From NCBI GenBank assembly GCA_964016885.1, contig OZ024766.1:9114001-9178000 (forward strand): a stretch of 64,000 nt of DNA. Direction: 5' to 3'. The stretch comes from Eledone cirrhosa. Taxonomy: Eukaryota. The stretch's first letter is position 1. The number at the start of each line of letters is the position of its first letter. Under the pieces are notes generated by a model, which was given only the letters and a program-made list of their open reading frames with translations, was not told where the DNA came from and ran no database searches. Below are positions 29,074 to 41,751 of the stretch, one piece after another. The position numbers and the translations under genes were made by a program.

Positions 29074-29308
29074 CGTTCCGTGCCCTGCTGGACAACTACG
29101 AGATGCAGCTGGGAGAAGCGGAGTTCTACACGTTCGAGGAGAAGCAGGAGACCATCCACTTCATCGACACCATAATGGAGACGGATGTGATGAAGGAGAC
29201 CCACAAGTTCCTGGTGGAGCACGAGAAGGCCCCCGAGGACGACATCGAGTTCAAGACCATGATACTGAGACTATGGTTCAAACTCGTCAGACGCACAAAA
29301 AATGACAG
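29074..29308 (+). CDS. ENDOU: EndoU coding exon 4 ([17 protein letters not shown]...[15 protein letters not shown])
   Basis: Acceptor ctccccccacag, donor CAG|gtcagt. Contains EndoU motifs ALLDNY, E..E...FID.IM.T.VMK..H.FL and LWF....R. Confidence 0.95.
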
Positions 29309-29431
29309 GTCAGTCGACTTTTGTTAGGGATGGGGGGGTGTTTCTGGGGCGGGTGGGGTGTTTTTCTGGAGGGTTGGGGCGGGGTGCGGTGTTTTTGTGG
29401 GGTGGGTGGGGAATAAATTTGTTCTTATTTG

Positions 29432-29496
<65 letters not shown>

Positions 29497-29498
29497 CA

Positions 29499-29588
<90 letters not shown>

Positions 29589-29590
29589 CA

Positions 29591-29640
<50 letters not shown>

Positions 29641-29771
29641 GATAAATCTACCAAGAGTTTACGGTAGTGTCCAATCCGTATGAAGAACTCAATGTAATCC
29701 GGATATCATGGAAAGAAGAGATGCAATGAAAAATCACTTTCGGTGAAAGATAAACGGAATACAGAGTCAAG

Positions 29772-30201
29772 ATAAAATATTAAAAAAATAATGAATAAAA
29801 CAATGAAACAGTTCCTTATATTAAACAAAAAAAGTTCATTATTTAACGATCGTTTCTGGGATATATATGTGTTAGAATTGGCATGTATATTTAACAGATC
29901 TATGTACAAAATTATACAAAATTATACAAACTATCAAAATTAAATATACATACCAACTCATATATATGCCGTCTTCAGAAATAATGATTTATTTCTGAAG
30001 ACGGCATATATATGAGTTGGTATGTATATTTAATTTTGATAGTTTGTATAATTTTGTATAATTTTGTACATAGATCTGTTAAATATACATGCCAATTCTA
30101 ACACATATATATCCCAGAAACGATCGTTAAATAATGAACTTTTTTTGTTTAATATAAGGAACTGTTTCATTGTTTTATTCATTATTTTTTAAATATTTTA
30201 T
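29772..30201. repeat. Near-perfect palindrome, ~213-bp arms, 4-nt loop (EndoU intron 4)
   Basis: Centre cttcagaaataa-tgat-ttatttctgaag, with arms that read as reverse complements. Confidence 0.9.
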
Positions 30202-30218
30202 ATATATATATATATACA

Positions 30219-30250
<32 letters not shown>

Positions 30251-30290
30251 CATCTCTCTCTCTCTCTCTCGCTATATATATATATATATT

Positions 30291-30682
30291 TTGGTAAACG
30301 GAATAGAAAATGCTGTCAAATTGTTCACAGTTGAAAAATGGTTTAATTAGGAATAAAAGAGTATTAGTGATTGTATGGGTTAGTATTCAGTTGTGGTTTT
30401 AAGTTTTTAAGTTTTTACCGGTTGCGCATTTCTAAATGCTTTTCAAAAATAATTTTGAGATAGAGTGTCCGTGCTGTTTGCTCAGATCAGAGCAAACGGC
30501 ACGGACACTCTATCTCAAAATTATTTTTGAAAAGCATTTAGAAATGCGCAACCGGTAAAAACTTAAAAACTTAAAACCACAACTGAATACTAACCCATAC
30601 AATCACTAATACTCTTTTATTCCTAATTAAACCATTTTTCAACTGTGAACAATTTGCCAGCATTTTCTATTCCGTTTACCAA
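30291..30682. repeat. Near-perfect palindrome, 193-bp arms, 6-nt loop (EndoU intron 4)
   Basis: Centre gtgctgtttgctc-agatca-gagcaaacggcac, ends ttggtaaacgg / ccgtttaccaa. Confidence 0.9.
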
Positions 30683-30717
30683 TATATAATAACTTGTGTG
30701 TTACACCTCTATTCTTT

Positions 30718-30766
<49 letters not shown>

Positions 30767-30782
30767 GTCTGTCTCTGTGTAG

Positions 30783-30933
30783 GGACCAGGATTCATCCAG
30801 TTTTGAACATGTGTTTGTTGGTGAGACCAAACAAGAGGGGATGATAGGGCTTCACAACTGGCTGCAGTACTACCTACAGGAGAAGGCTGGTAACATTGAC
30901 TACCAAGGGTATAGACGGAACTCTACAGTTCTG
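30783..30933 (+). CDS. ENDOU: EndoU coding exon 5 (DQDSSSFEHVFVGETKQEGMIGLHNWLQYYLQEKAGNIDYQGYRRNSTVL), containing both catalytic His
   Basis: Hallmark DSS.FEHVFVGE and G.HNW..YY..EK.G..DY.GY motifs. Acceptor ctgtctctgtgtag, donor CTG|gtaagg. Confidence 0.97.
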
Positions 30934-30949
30934 GTAAGGACCTTCTCCC

Positions 30950-31311
30950 TCTCCCCCACTCCCCTGATGAGGGGCTTATGTCCGAAACGTTGCAACCACA
31001 CAGCCCCACTCTCCTGATGAAGGGTTTATGTCCGAAACGTTGCCACCACACAACCCCACTCTCCTGATGAAGGGCTTATGTCCGAAACGTTGCAACCACA
31101 CAGCCCCACTCTCCTGATGAAGGGCTTATGTCCGAAACGTTGCAACCACACAGCCCCACTCTCCTGATGAAGGGCTTATGTCCGAAACGTTGCCACCACA
31201 GAACCCCACTCTCCCGATGAAGGGCTTATGTCTGAAACGTTGCCCCCCCCCCCCCACTCTCCTGATGAAGGGCATATGTCCGAAACGTTGCCACCACACA
31301 ACCCCACTCTC
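30950..31311 (+). repeat. 50-bp tandem repeat (7 copies), each with a hammerhead catalytic core lacking stem I
   Basis: CTGATGA-a-gggc(ttat)gtcc-GAAA-CG-TT at 30964, 31014, 31064, 31114, 31164, 31214 (variant) and 31262. Confidence 0.85.
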
Positions 31312-31619
31312 ACTAAGCGTGAAACTAATGATATTTGTTTCTGGACTGTCCAGAAATAGCCGTCGAAACGGCTTGAGCTCTGCCATCGGGGTCAAAGATT
31401 TTCCTATTTCCCACTCTACTACCCTAAGTATTGAGTACTCTGGTGCGTTTTGGTCCATCTGGTTCCTTACCACAACTCCTTCGTTATATATATATATATA
31501 TATACGAGCGAGACAGAGTCTCCCAACCAAACTTGCTTCAAATGGGACAAACCCGTCTAACCCATTCTAGCGTGGAAGAGAGATGTTGAATGATGATGAT
31601 GATTATTATATATATATAT

Positions 31620-33985
31620 GGTATGGACATGTGATGTGCATGGAGGATGACCTCTGGGTAAAGAAGTGCCAAGAAATGCCAGTAGAAGGAAGACGTGGTA
31701 GAGGAAGACCACGAAAAAGATGGGCAGAGGTGGTGAGAGAGAGAAACTGTAAAAGAGGGATAAGTTGTGGTGTGCGGGAGAGAAGACTGAGATGTTATGG
31801 ACATGTGATGTGCATGGAGGATGACCGCTGGGTAAAGAAGTGCCAAGAAATGCCAGTAGAAGGAAGACGCAGTAGAGGAAGACCACGTAAAACATGGGCA
31901 GAGGTGGTGAGAGAGAGAAACTGTGTATAAGAGGGATAAGTTGTGGTGTGAAGGAGAGAAGACTGAGATGGTATGGAGATGTGATGTGCATGGAGGATGA
32001 CCGCTGGGTAAAGAAGTGCCAAGAAATGCCAGTAGAAGGAAGACGTGGTAGAGGAAGACCATGAAAAACATGGGCAGAGGTGGTGAGAGAGAGAAACTGT
32101 GTATAAGAGGGATAAGTTGTGGTGTGCGGGAGAGAAGACTGAGATGTTATGGACATGTGATGTACATGGAGGATGACCTCTGGGTAAAGAAGTGCCAAGA
32201 AATGCCAGTAGAAGGAAGACGTGGTAGAGGAAGACCACGAAAAAGATGGGCAGAGGTGGTGAGAGAGAGAAACTGTAAAAGAGGGATAAGTTGTGGTGTG
32301 CAGGAGAGAAGACTGAGATGGTATTGACGTGATGTGCATGGAGGATGACCTCTGGGTAAAAAAGTGCCAAGAAATGCCAGTAGAAGGAAGACGTGGTAGA
32401 GGAAGACCACGTAAAACATGGGCAGAGGTGGTGAGAGAGAGAAACTGGGTATAAGAGGGATAAGTTGTGGTGTGAAGGAGAGAAGACTGAGATGGTATGG
32501 ACATGTGATGTGCATGGAGGATGACCGCTGGGTAAAGAAGTGCCAAGAAATGCCAGTAGAAGGAAGACGCAGTAGAGGAAGACCACGTAAAACATGGGCA
32601 GAGGTGGTGAGAGAGAGAAACTGTGTATAAGAGGGATAAGTTGTGGTGTGAAGGAGAGAAGACTGAGATGGTATGGAGATGTGATGTGCATGGAGGATGA
32701 CCACTGGGTAAAGAAGTGCCAAGAAATGCCAGTAGAAGGAAGACGTGGTAGAGGAAGACCATGAAAAACATGGGCAGAGGTGGTGAGAGAGAGAAACTGT
32801 GTATAAGAGGGATAAGTTGTGGTGTGAAGGAGAGAAGACTGAGATGGTATGGACATGTGATGTGCATGGAGGATGACCGCTGGGTAAAGAAGTGCCAAGA
32901 AATGCCAGTAGAAGGAAGACGCAGTAGAGGAAGACCACGTAAAACATGGGCAGAGGTGGTGAGAGAGAGAAACTGTGTATAAGAGGGATAAGTTGTGGTG
33001 TGAAGGAGAGAAGACTGAGATGGTATGGAGATGTGATGTGCATGGAGGATGACCACTGGGTAAAGAAGTGCCAAGAAATGCCAGTAGAAGGAAGAAGTGG
33101 TAGAGGAAGACCATGAAAAACATGGGCAGAGGTGGTGAGAGAGAGAAACTGTGTATAAGAGGGATAAGTTGTGGTGTGCGGGAGAGAAGACTGAGATGGT
33201 ATGGACATGTGATGTACATGGAGGATGACCTCTGGGTAAAAAAGTGCCAAGAAATGCCAGTAGAAGGAAGACGTGGTAGAGGAAGACCATGAAAAACATG
33301 GGCAGAGGTGGTGAGAGAGAGAAACTGTGTATAAGAGGGATAAGTTGTGGTGTGCGGGAGAGAAGACTGAGATGTTATGGACATGTGATGTACATGGAGG
33401 ATGACCTCTGGGTAAAAAAGTGCCAAGAAATGCCAGTAGAAGGAAGACGTGGTAGAGGAAGACCACGTAAAACATGGGCAGAGGTGGTGAGAGAGAGAAA
33501 CTGTGTATAAGAGGGATAAGTTGTGGTGTGCAGGAGAGAAGACTGAGATGGTATGGAGATGTGATGTGCATGGAGGATGACCGCTGGGTAAAGAAGTGCC
33601 AAGAAATGCCAGTAGAAGGAAGACGCAGTAGAGGAAGACCACGTAAAACATGGGCAGAGGTGGTGAGAGAGAGAAACTGTGTATAAGAGGGATAAGTTGT
33701 GGTGTGCAGGAGAGAAGACTGAGATGGTATGGACATGTGATGTGTTGAGAGAGAAACTGTGTATAAGAGGGATAAGTTGTCGTGTGCAGGAGAGAAGACT
33801 GAGATGTTATGGACATGTGATGTACATGGAGGATGACCGCTGGGTGAAGAAGTGGAAGGAAGACACAGTAGAGGAAGACCACGAAAAACATGGGCAGAGG
33901 TGGTGAGAGAGAGAAACTGTGTATAAGAGAGATAAGTTGTGGTGTGTGGGAGAGAAGACTGAGATGGTATGGACATGTGATGTGC
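31620..33985 (+). repeat. ~175-bp tandem repeat (~13 copies) derived from the RTE family A 3' coding end (EndoU intron 5)
   Basis: Unit encodes REKLCIRGI.C.V.ERRLRWYGHVMCMEDDRWVKKCQEMPVEGRRGRGRPRKTWAEVV. Confidence 0.95.
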
Positions 33986-34393
33986 ATATATATATATGTA
34001 AATGTGTGTGTAAAGAATTATTTTTTTCATACATTTTTTGTATTGATTTAATGTTTCTTCTTTTTTTCTTTTCTCTTTCCCTCACAACAACGATCATATA
34101 CAATACACACATACACACAACCACACACATATATATACACACACACAACCACACACATATATATACACACACACAACCACACACATATATATACACACAC
34201 ACAACCACACATATATATATACACACACACACAACCACACACATATATATACACACACACACATATATACACACATAATATATATAAACACACATATATA
34301 TAAACATATATACATACATATAAATATATATACATATATATATAAACATATATACATACATATAAATATATATACATATATATATAAACATGC

Positions 34394-34432
<39 letters not shown>

Positions 34433-34610
34433 CACACATATACACTTTATATACACACATACATACACACACACACACACACATATATCCATATACACAC
34501 ACATACACACACACACACACATATCCACACACATATTCACATATATACACACACATATATATCCATATACACACACACACACACACATATATACACACAC
34601 ACACATACAT

Positions 34611-34678
<68 letters not shown>

Positions 34679-34679
<1 letters not shown>

Positions 34680-34942
34680 ATGACAAAGTGGACCGTATAA
34701 TGTGCACGAAGTTCCTGTGGCGGGGACGCCAAGGAAAAGCCTATTGCAGCATGTTCCTGGGTAGCAGCCCCGAGTTCGACATTGCTCTGTTCAGCACCTG
34801 CTTCCTGATGGGGCGTACGGGCCACTGCGACTACCAGGTGGGGGAGTACGAGGTGGAGATTGTCGTCTACCCCTTCGCCAACGTCATTGGAACGGCCTAT
34901 ATCGTGCCGGCCCGTATGGACGAGGACGACGCTAAGAAGTGA
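34679..34942 (+). CDS. ENDOU: EndoU coding exon 6 (DDKVDRIMCTKFLWRGRQGKAYCSMFLGSSPEFDIALFSTCFL...VIGTAYIVPARMDEDDAKK*)
   Basis: Catalytic K in W....GK...SMFLGSSPEF..AL...CF and terminal IGTAY. The phase-0 acceptor (ca)n-ag fits exon 5. Joined CDS is 858 nt = 285 aa + stop. Confidence 0.95.
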
Positions 34943-34944
34943 AG

Positions 34945-36030
34945 AGGATAGAGACAGAGTGGAGCATAGAGATAAAGAGAGGGTGAGTGGAGGAGATAGA
35001 GATAGGGAGTGGAGGAGATAGAGAGGGGGAGTGGAGGAGATAGAGAGGGTGAGTGGAGGAGATAGAGAGGGTGAGTGGAGGAGATAGAGAGGGTGAGTGG
35101 AGGAGATAGAGAGGGTGAGTGGAGGAGATAGAGAGGGGGAGTGGAGGAGATAGAGAGAGGGTGAGTGGAGGAGATAGAGAGGGTGAGTGGAGGAGATAGA
35201 GAGGGTGAGTGGAGGAGATAGAGAGGGTGAGTGGAGGAGATAGAGAGGGTGAGTGGAGGAGATAGAGAGGGTGAGTGGAGGAGATAGAGAGGGGGAGTGG
35301 AGGAGATAGAGAGAGGGTGAGTGGAGGAGATAGAGAGAGGGTGAGTGGAGGAGATAGAGAGAGGGTGAGTGGAGGAGATAGAGAGGGTGAGTGGAGGAGA
35401 TAGAGAGGGTGAGTGGAGGAGATAGAGAGGGTGAGTGGAGGAGAGAGGGAGTGGAGGAGATAGAGAGGGTGAGTGGAGGAGATAGAGTGGGTGAGTGGAG
35501 GAGAGAGGGAGTGGAGGAGATAGAGAGGGTGAGTGGAGGAGATAGAGAGGGGGAGTGGAGGAGATAGAGTGGGTGAGTGGAGGAGATAGAGAGGGTGAGT
35601 GGAGGAGATAGAGAGGGTGAGTGGAGGAGATAGAGAGAGGGAGTGGAGGAGATAGAGAGAGGGAGTGGAGGGTAGAGAGGGAGTGAAGAGGATAGAGACA
35701 GAGAAGGGGAGTGGAGCATAGAGATAAAGAGAGGGTGGAGAGGGGGAGTGTAGGATAGAGGGGGAGTGGGGGAGATAGAGAGGGGGAGTGGGGGAGATAG
35801 AGAGGGGGAGTGGAGGAGATAGAGAGTATGAGAGAGGGGGAGTGGAGGAGACAGAGATAGAGGAGAGTAAGGAGGAAGGAGAGAGAAAAAGAAAGATGAG
35901 GAAAGAGAGAGACAAGGGGGAGGAGGTGTGGGAAGATAGAGGGGGAGGTGTAGGAAGAGATAGAGGGGAGGAGGGGGAGGAAGAGATAGAAGGGGAGGAG
36001 GTGTAGGAAGAGGGAGAGGTTAAGTAAGTA
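34945..36030. repeat. Purine-rich 22-bp minisatellite (gagtggaggagatagagagggt) directly after the EndoU stop codon
   Basis: About 30 tandem copies grading into GA-rich low-complexity sequence. Confidence 0.9.
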
Positions 36031-36159
36031 AGAAAGAGGAAGTGAAGAGGAATGGCTATATGTTTATAAGAGTCTCTCTACTTCAGATTATAATTATCAT
36101 ACATACATATATATGTATATATATATACATATACATATATGTATACATATATGTATACA

Positions 36160-36197
<38 letters not shown>

Positions 36198-36245
36198 CAT
36201 CAAACTGAGATTAAATATTTTTATGATAAACTTAAATGATGCATT

Positions 36246-36384
<139 letters not shown>

Positions 36385-36802
36385 TTATTTATATATAAAT
36401 TTAAGGGGTAAATATCTATATTAATACTTTACATGTTAATCAATATTTTAATGCATCGGTACATATATATACATATATATATATACATATATATTACCAA
36501 AAGTTAAACAAGGTTCAATGAATAAATCAAAGAATGAGTTTTACAATAGATTGGAAGCACTCAACAGTATGGTTTTCCAGAGCTATTAATATTAATTCAA
36601 AATATTAACAAAATAGATATTCTTGTGATCAAGTATATTTTATTGTACATATTTCAGAGGTACTGAGTTAAGTTCAACAGTACATCCTCATCAGATAAAA
36701 TAAGATGATGCATGACATACCCTGACATAGTAGATGGTTAAGATTCACTACCTTGATTAAATCTTAACCATCTACTATGTCAGGGTATGTCATGCATCAT
36801 CT

Positions 36803-36869
36803 TATTTTATCTGATGAGGACGTACTGTTGAACTTAACTCAGTACCTCTGAAATATGTATAATAAAATA
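36803..36869 (+). ncRNA. Type I hammerhead motif in the right arm of palindrome 36590-36915 (left-arm copy 36636-36702 has U16.1>C); sister copy 52023-52089
   Basis: tattttat-CTGATGA-ggacgtactg..cagtacctct-GAAA-tatgta-TA-ataaaata, with a perfect 8-bp stem I. Confidence 0.8.
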
Positions 36870-36912
36870 TACTTGATCACAAGAATATCTATTTTGTTAA
36901 TATTTTGAATTA

Positions 36913-36961
<49 letters not shown>

Positions 36962-37294
36962 AGGAAGTTATAGTTCACTTGAAGCATTGTGTAATGAGGT
37001 ATAAACTTTTGTATTTGTAAAGCCAAGACAACGCAGATATTTCCTGTCAGCATGACTTGGCAAGCTATTTAGAACACTGGTTTAACCGCTTTACTTCCCT
37101 CCGAAGAAGAGATATTATCTCGAAAATTAAGGACATTTAAATAAATCTAAGGTAAAAGACTAATTGTCAACAATATATTTTGCATTTGCATTCTTTATTC
37201 TATGTCCATACCTGCATTGTTTTGGCTTTACAAATACAGACGTTTATACATATATATATATAGATATATGTATATATATGTATTATACATACAA

Positions 37295-37325
<31 letters not shown>

Positions 37326-37474
37326 CACACATACATATATATATATATATGTATATATATACAGGGTGTTCCAAAAAAATGTGTACACACCTCAACAGCA
37401 TTTTAATAATATATATACAAATTAAATTCATCAATAAAAATCAATATACTTGTTATTTCTTCATTTTGTATGTT

Positions 37475-37510
<36 letters not shown>

Positions 37511-37552
37511 CATATAATATATATATATATATTATATATAAGTATACACTAA

Positions 37553-37836
37553 GCTAAGGATGAAGAACTCAGAGCTGTACGGGAGCCTCCCAAAAGTCAG
37601 CTAAAAAGTGACACAGAGGAGACTGAGGTTAGCTGGACATGCTCACCGACATCCAGAGTTGACACTGCACTCACTGCTCCTGTGGGAGCCCCTACACAGA
37701 CACACTAGAAGAGGGGGACCGAGGTTGACATATGTTGATGCCCTAAGGACAGACACTGGTCTCTGGGAGACGCAGGACGATGAGGAAGGACAGAGACCAC
37801 TGGAGAGAACTCGTCCATGGATTTTACCCAACCTAG
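37553..37836 (+). mobile_element. RTE family B 3' fragment
   Basis: TQRRLRLAGHAHRHPELTLHSLLLWEPL..TYVDALRTDTGL, as at 352-985. Confidence 0.85.
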
Positions 37837-38052
37837 ATAGCCATATATATATATATATATATAGGAACCAGTAAGACCTCGATGGCTGAGCTCAAGCCGT
37901 TTCGACGGCTAATTCTGGACAGAATTAGCCGTCGAAACGGCTTGAGCTCAGCCGTCGAGGTCTTACTGGTTCCTATTACCCACTCTACTACTCCAAGTAT
38001 TGAGTACTTTGGTGCGTTATGGTCCACCTGGTTCCTTACCACATTTCCTTCG

Positions 38053-38101
<49 letters not shown>

Positions 38102-38230
38102 TATCCAACACTAATTTGCATAATAAACCAACAATAAATCTAATAACTCCACTATTCAGGAGATTCCAACCAGAATGGTTGCATTTTTTAAGGGTATGTC
38201 AATATTTATTTATAAAACTAACCTATATTA

Positions 38231-38296
38231 TATTTTATCTGATGAAAGCGCACCATAGTTTACCTTGGTGGCCCTTGAAATATGTATAATGAAATA
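38231..38296 (+). ncRNA. Type I hammerhead motif (same family as 15280; further copies 48801-48861 -, degenerate 49894-49955 - and 50250-50310 +)
   Basis: tattttat-CTGATGA-aagcgcacca..tggtggccctt-GAAA-tatgta-TA-atgaaata. Confidence 0.75.
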
Positions 38297-38809
38297 AATA
38301 TGGTTTTATAAATATAGTTTCCATTTATCAATATATTGTATATTTACTCCAATAATTTGTTGAGTGCTTTATATCAGTTATAAAAATATTTAGCTTGTTG
38401 TATCCCAACAAATTAAATATAACCTCTACATATATATATATACATATATCATCATCATCATTTCATTTTACGACTGCTTTTTCCCTGCTTACAAGGATGG
38501 GACGGGAACTGATTCTGGCTTCGTTTCTACAGCTGGATGCCCTTCCTAACACCAACCTCATTTACAGTGAGTGCTGGGTGCTTTTTTTTGCCGTGGCGCC
38601 TCCACGACCACTTTGCAGTGGAATGATAGGGACCCCAGTCCCTATCATCTCATTTCTACAGCTGAGTAAACTGGAGCAATGTGAAATAAAGTGTCTTGCT
38701 CAAGGAAACAACATCACCCGGTCTGAGAATTGAACTCACAACCTTTCGATTGCAAGGCCAATGCTCTAACCACTAAGCCATGTGCCTCCATATATATATA
38801 TATATATCT

Positions 38810-39060
38810 TTGACATCTAGAATAAGGAGCAGATATTGCAATAGCTTGGGGTTCAAAGGCCCTCAACTCTTCAACAAGCTGCCAAAAAATTTGAGAGATC
38901 TCTGCAGGGTGTTGACGTAGATGTTTTCAAGAAACTTCTAGACACCCTGCTATCCAGGATCCCGAAATAACCCAAAGCAAGGTACACAGGTTATCTAAGG
39001 GCAGCAGCAACTCTCTCTCTCTTACACCAATGGCCAGACAACACAGGCTGGAGATAGAAT
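38810..39060 (+). mobile_element. Degenerate 3' end of a CR1/Jockey-group-like LINE
   Basis: Frameshifted peptide GPQLFNKLPKNLRDL...DVFKKLLDTLLSRIP resembles a LINE ORF2 C-terminus. Confidence 0.45.
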
Positions 39061-39064
39061 GTGT

Positions 39065-40050
39065 AATAACATTAATTACTATACTGTACATTAGATAATG
39101 TAGTCCTAGATAAACTATGCCTGATAGCCAGTAATACTAACTACTGTACTATATACTATATTGTACATTAGACAATGTAGTCCTAGATAAACTATGCCTG
39201 ATAGCCACTAATACTAACTACTGTACTATATTGTACATTAGATAATGTAGTCCTAGATATACTATGTCTGATAGCCACTCATACTAACTACTATACTGTA
39301 CATTAGTTAATGTAGTCCTAGATACACTATGTCTGATAGCCAGTAATACTAACTACTGTACTGTACATTAGATAATGTAGTCCTAGATACACTATGTCTG
39401 ATAGCCACTAATACTAACTACTGTACTGTACATTAGACAATGTAGTCCTAGATATACTATGTCTGATAGCCACTAATACTAACTACTGTACTGTACATTA
39501 GTTAATGTAGTTCTAGATATACTATGTCTGATAGCCACTAATACTAACTACTGTACTGTACATTAGATAATGTAGTCCTAGATACACTATGTCTGATAGC
39601 CACTAATACTAACTACTGTACTGTACATTAGACAATGTAGTCCTAGATATACTATGTCTGATAGCCACTAATACTAACTTCTGTACTGTACATTAGATAA
39701 TGTAGTCCTAGATACACTATGTCTGATAGCCACTAATACTAACTACTATACTGTACATTAGTTAATGTAGTCCTAGATACACTATGTCTGATAGCCACTA
39801 ATACTAACTACTGTACTGTACATTAGATAATGTAGTCCTAGATACACTATGTCTGATAGCCACTAATACTAACTACTGTACTGTACATTAGTTAATGTAG
39901 TCCTAGATACACTATGTCTGATAGCCAGTAATACTAACTACTGTACTGTACAGTACATTAGATAATGTAGTCGTAGATACACTATGTCTGATAGCTACTA
40001 ATACTAACTACTGTACATTAAATAATATATTCCTAGATACACAATGTTTG
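39065..40050. repeat. 65-bp minisatellite (~15 copies)
   Basis: Unit ctgtacattagataatgtagtcctagatacactatgtctgatagccactaatactaactactgta with period 65 (39361, 39426, 39491 and onward). Confidence 0.95.
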
Positions 40051-41236
40051 ACACGCTACTACTAAGGGAGATAATTGTTTCTACTATTGGCACAAGGCCA
40101 GCAATCAACCAGTACATTACTGGTACTTTATTTTATCGACCCCGTAAGGATGAAAGGCAAAGTTAACCTTGGCGAGATTTAAACACAGAATGGCAAGGGC
40201 CGTAACTCTATGCGTCAAAGCATGGTGTCCGACCCTCTACCAATACTGCCAATCCACCACGACTAAGGGAGATAATCAATGCCAAACTATTTTATAATCT
40301 AAACCGTTCGAGTTATCCCCCTTACGTTTTTATGAACGTGTAAAAAACTTTGTTTCGTTTTATGTGGTTTCGATTCTATTCACCGACGCAGAGGGTCGGT
40401 GCTGCCCTTAAGGCCGACTAGAGTGCCACCTAGTGCTTAGACCTGAGAGGAACATTTACTGACCTTAAAGGGCCAGTGTTATACGGGTCTGGTGCTACAA
40501 TTAAAGCTAACTAGGGCTTAGCAGGTCTCGTCACACTTGGAGATCCAGCCTTATCAGTTAGGGACGGTTGCTGCTGACAGGACACGCTGGAAGAAGTGTT
40601 GGAGGATACTGCGCGCGCACACTCGCACACACACACATATATACTGTATATATATATATACACACATTATATATATATATATGGCTTAGTGGTTAGAGCA
40701 TTGGCCTTGCAATCGAAAGGTTATGAGTTCAATTTTCAGATCGGATGATGTGTTGTTTCCTTGAGCAAGACACTTTATTTCACATTGCTCCAGTTTACTC
40801 AGCTGTAGAAATGAGATGATAGGGACTGGGGTCCCTATCATTCCACTGCAAAGTGGTCGTGGAGGTGCCACGGCAAAAAAGCACCCAGCACTCACTGTAA
40901 ATGAGGTTGGTGTTAGGAAGGGCATCCAGCTGTAGAAATCAAGCCAGAATCAGTTCCTGTCCCACCCTTGCAGGCAGGGAAAAGTGGACGTATGATGATG
41001 ATGATGATGATGATGATGACCATCACTATTGATAAATACTGAAAATATTTCCAAATCATTGTATATTTATCAATCTATGTATCAATTTATCTATAATATC
41101 CACCTATCTATCCATGGCAATCTATATATCTATCTGTCTGTCTAGCTACCTATGTCTCACTATCACTCTATTTATCTGTATATCTATCTGTCTCACCCTT
41201 GCAAGCAGGGAAAAGCGGACGTAAAATGATGATGAT

Positions 41237-41307
<71 letters not shown>

Positions 41308-41504
41308 TGATATTCTTAATGCGTTGTAACTTTTGGTATAAAACTGTTTATTTACCAATGACTGTTTACGTGGTGACCTCACATAACCCCTAGCGACCCC
41401 AAGATAACATTTCTTGTGGATTTTTCGGAAAAACCCTGGGGGGGTCAACCTTTACCATCTTAGATGTTTTGGCAAACTCATACACTACCACACACACCTG
41501 TGTG

Positions 41505-41566
<62 letters not shown>

Positions 41567-41610
41567 CACACACACACCTATACATTTATATATATATACA
41601 CATACACACA

Positions 41611-41651
<41 letters not shown>

Positions 41652-41720
41652 CTATACATATATATATATACACACACACACACACCTATACATATATATA
41701 TATACACACACACACACACC

Positions 41721-41751
<31 letters not shown>

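Noticed and set aside
28094-29305. 403-aa Pro/Ser/His-rich ORF overlapping exon 4
   Set aside because: It is a C-rich minisatellite read-through in a different frame from the EndoU-homologous exon
31538-34030. 580-730-aa minus-strand ORFs (also 4164-5631)
   Set aside because: They are antisense reading frames of tandemly amplified RTE fragments
39065-40050. 65-bp repeat as another ribozyme array (contains gtagtcct and ctgatag)
   Set aside because: No CUGANGA plus GAAA core and no compatible stems; treated as an ordinary minisatellite
40681-40760. tRNA gene (also SINE heads at about 10650-10717 and 11762-11850)
   Set aside because: A/B boxes continue into SINE bodies and no complete cloverleaf forms; these are SINE heads
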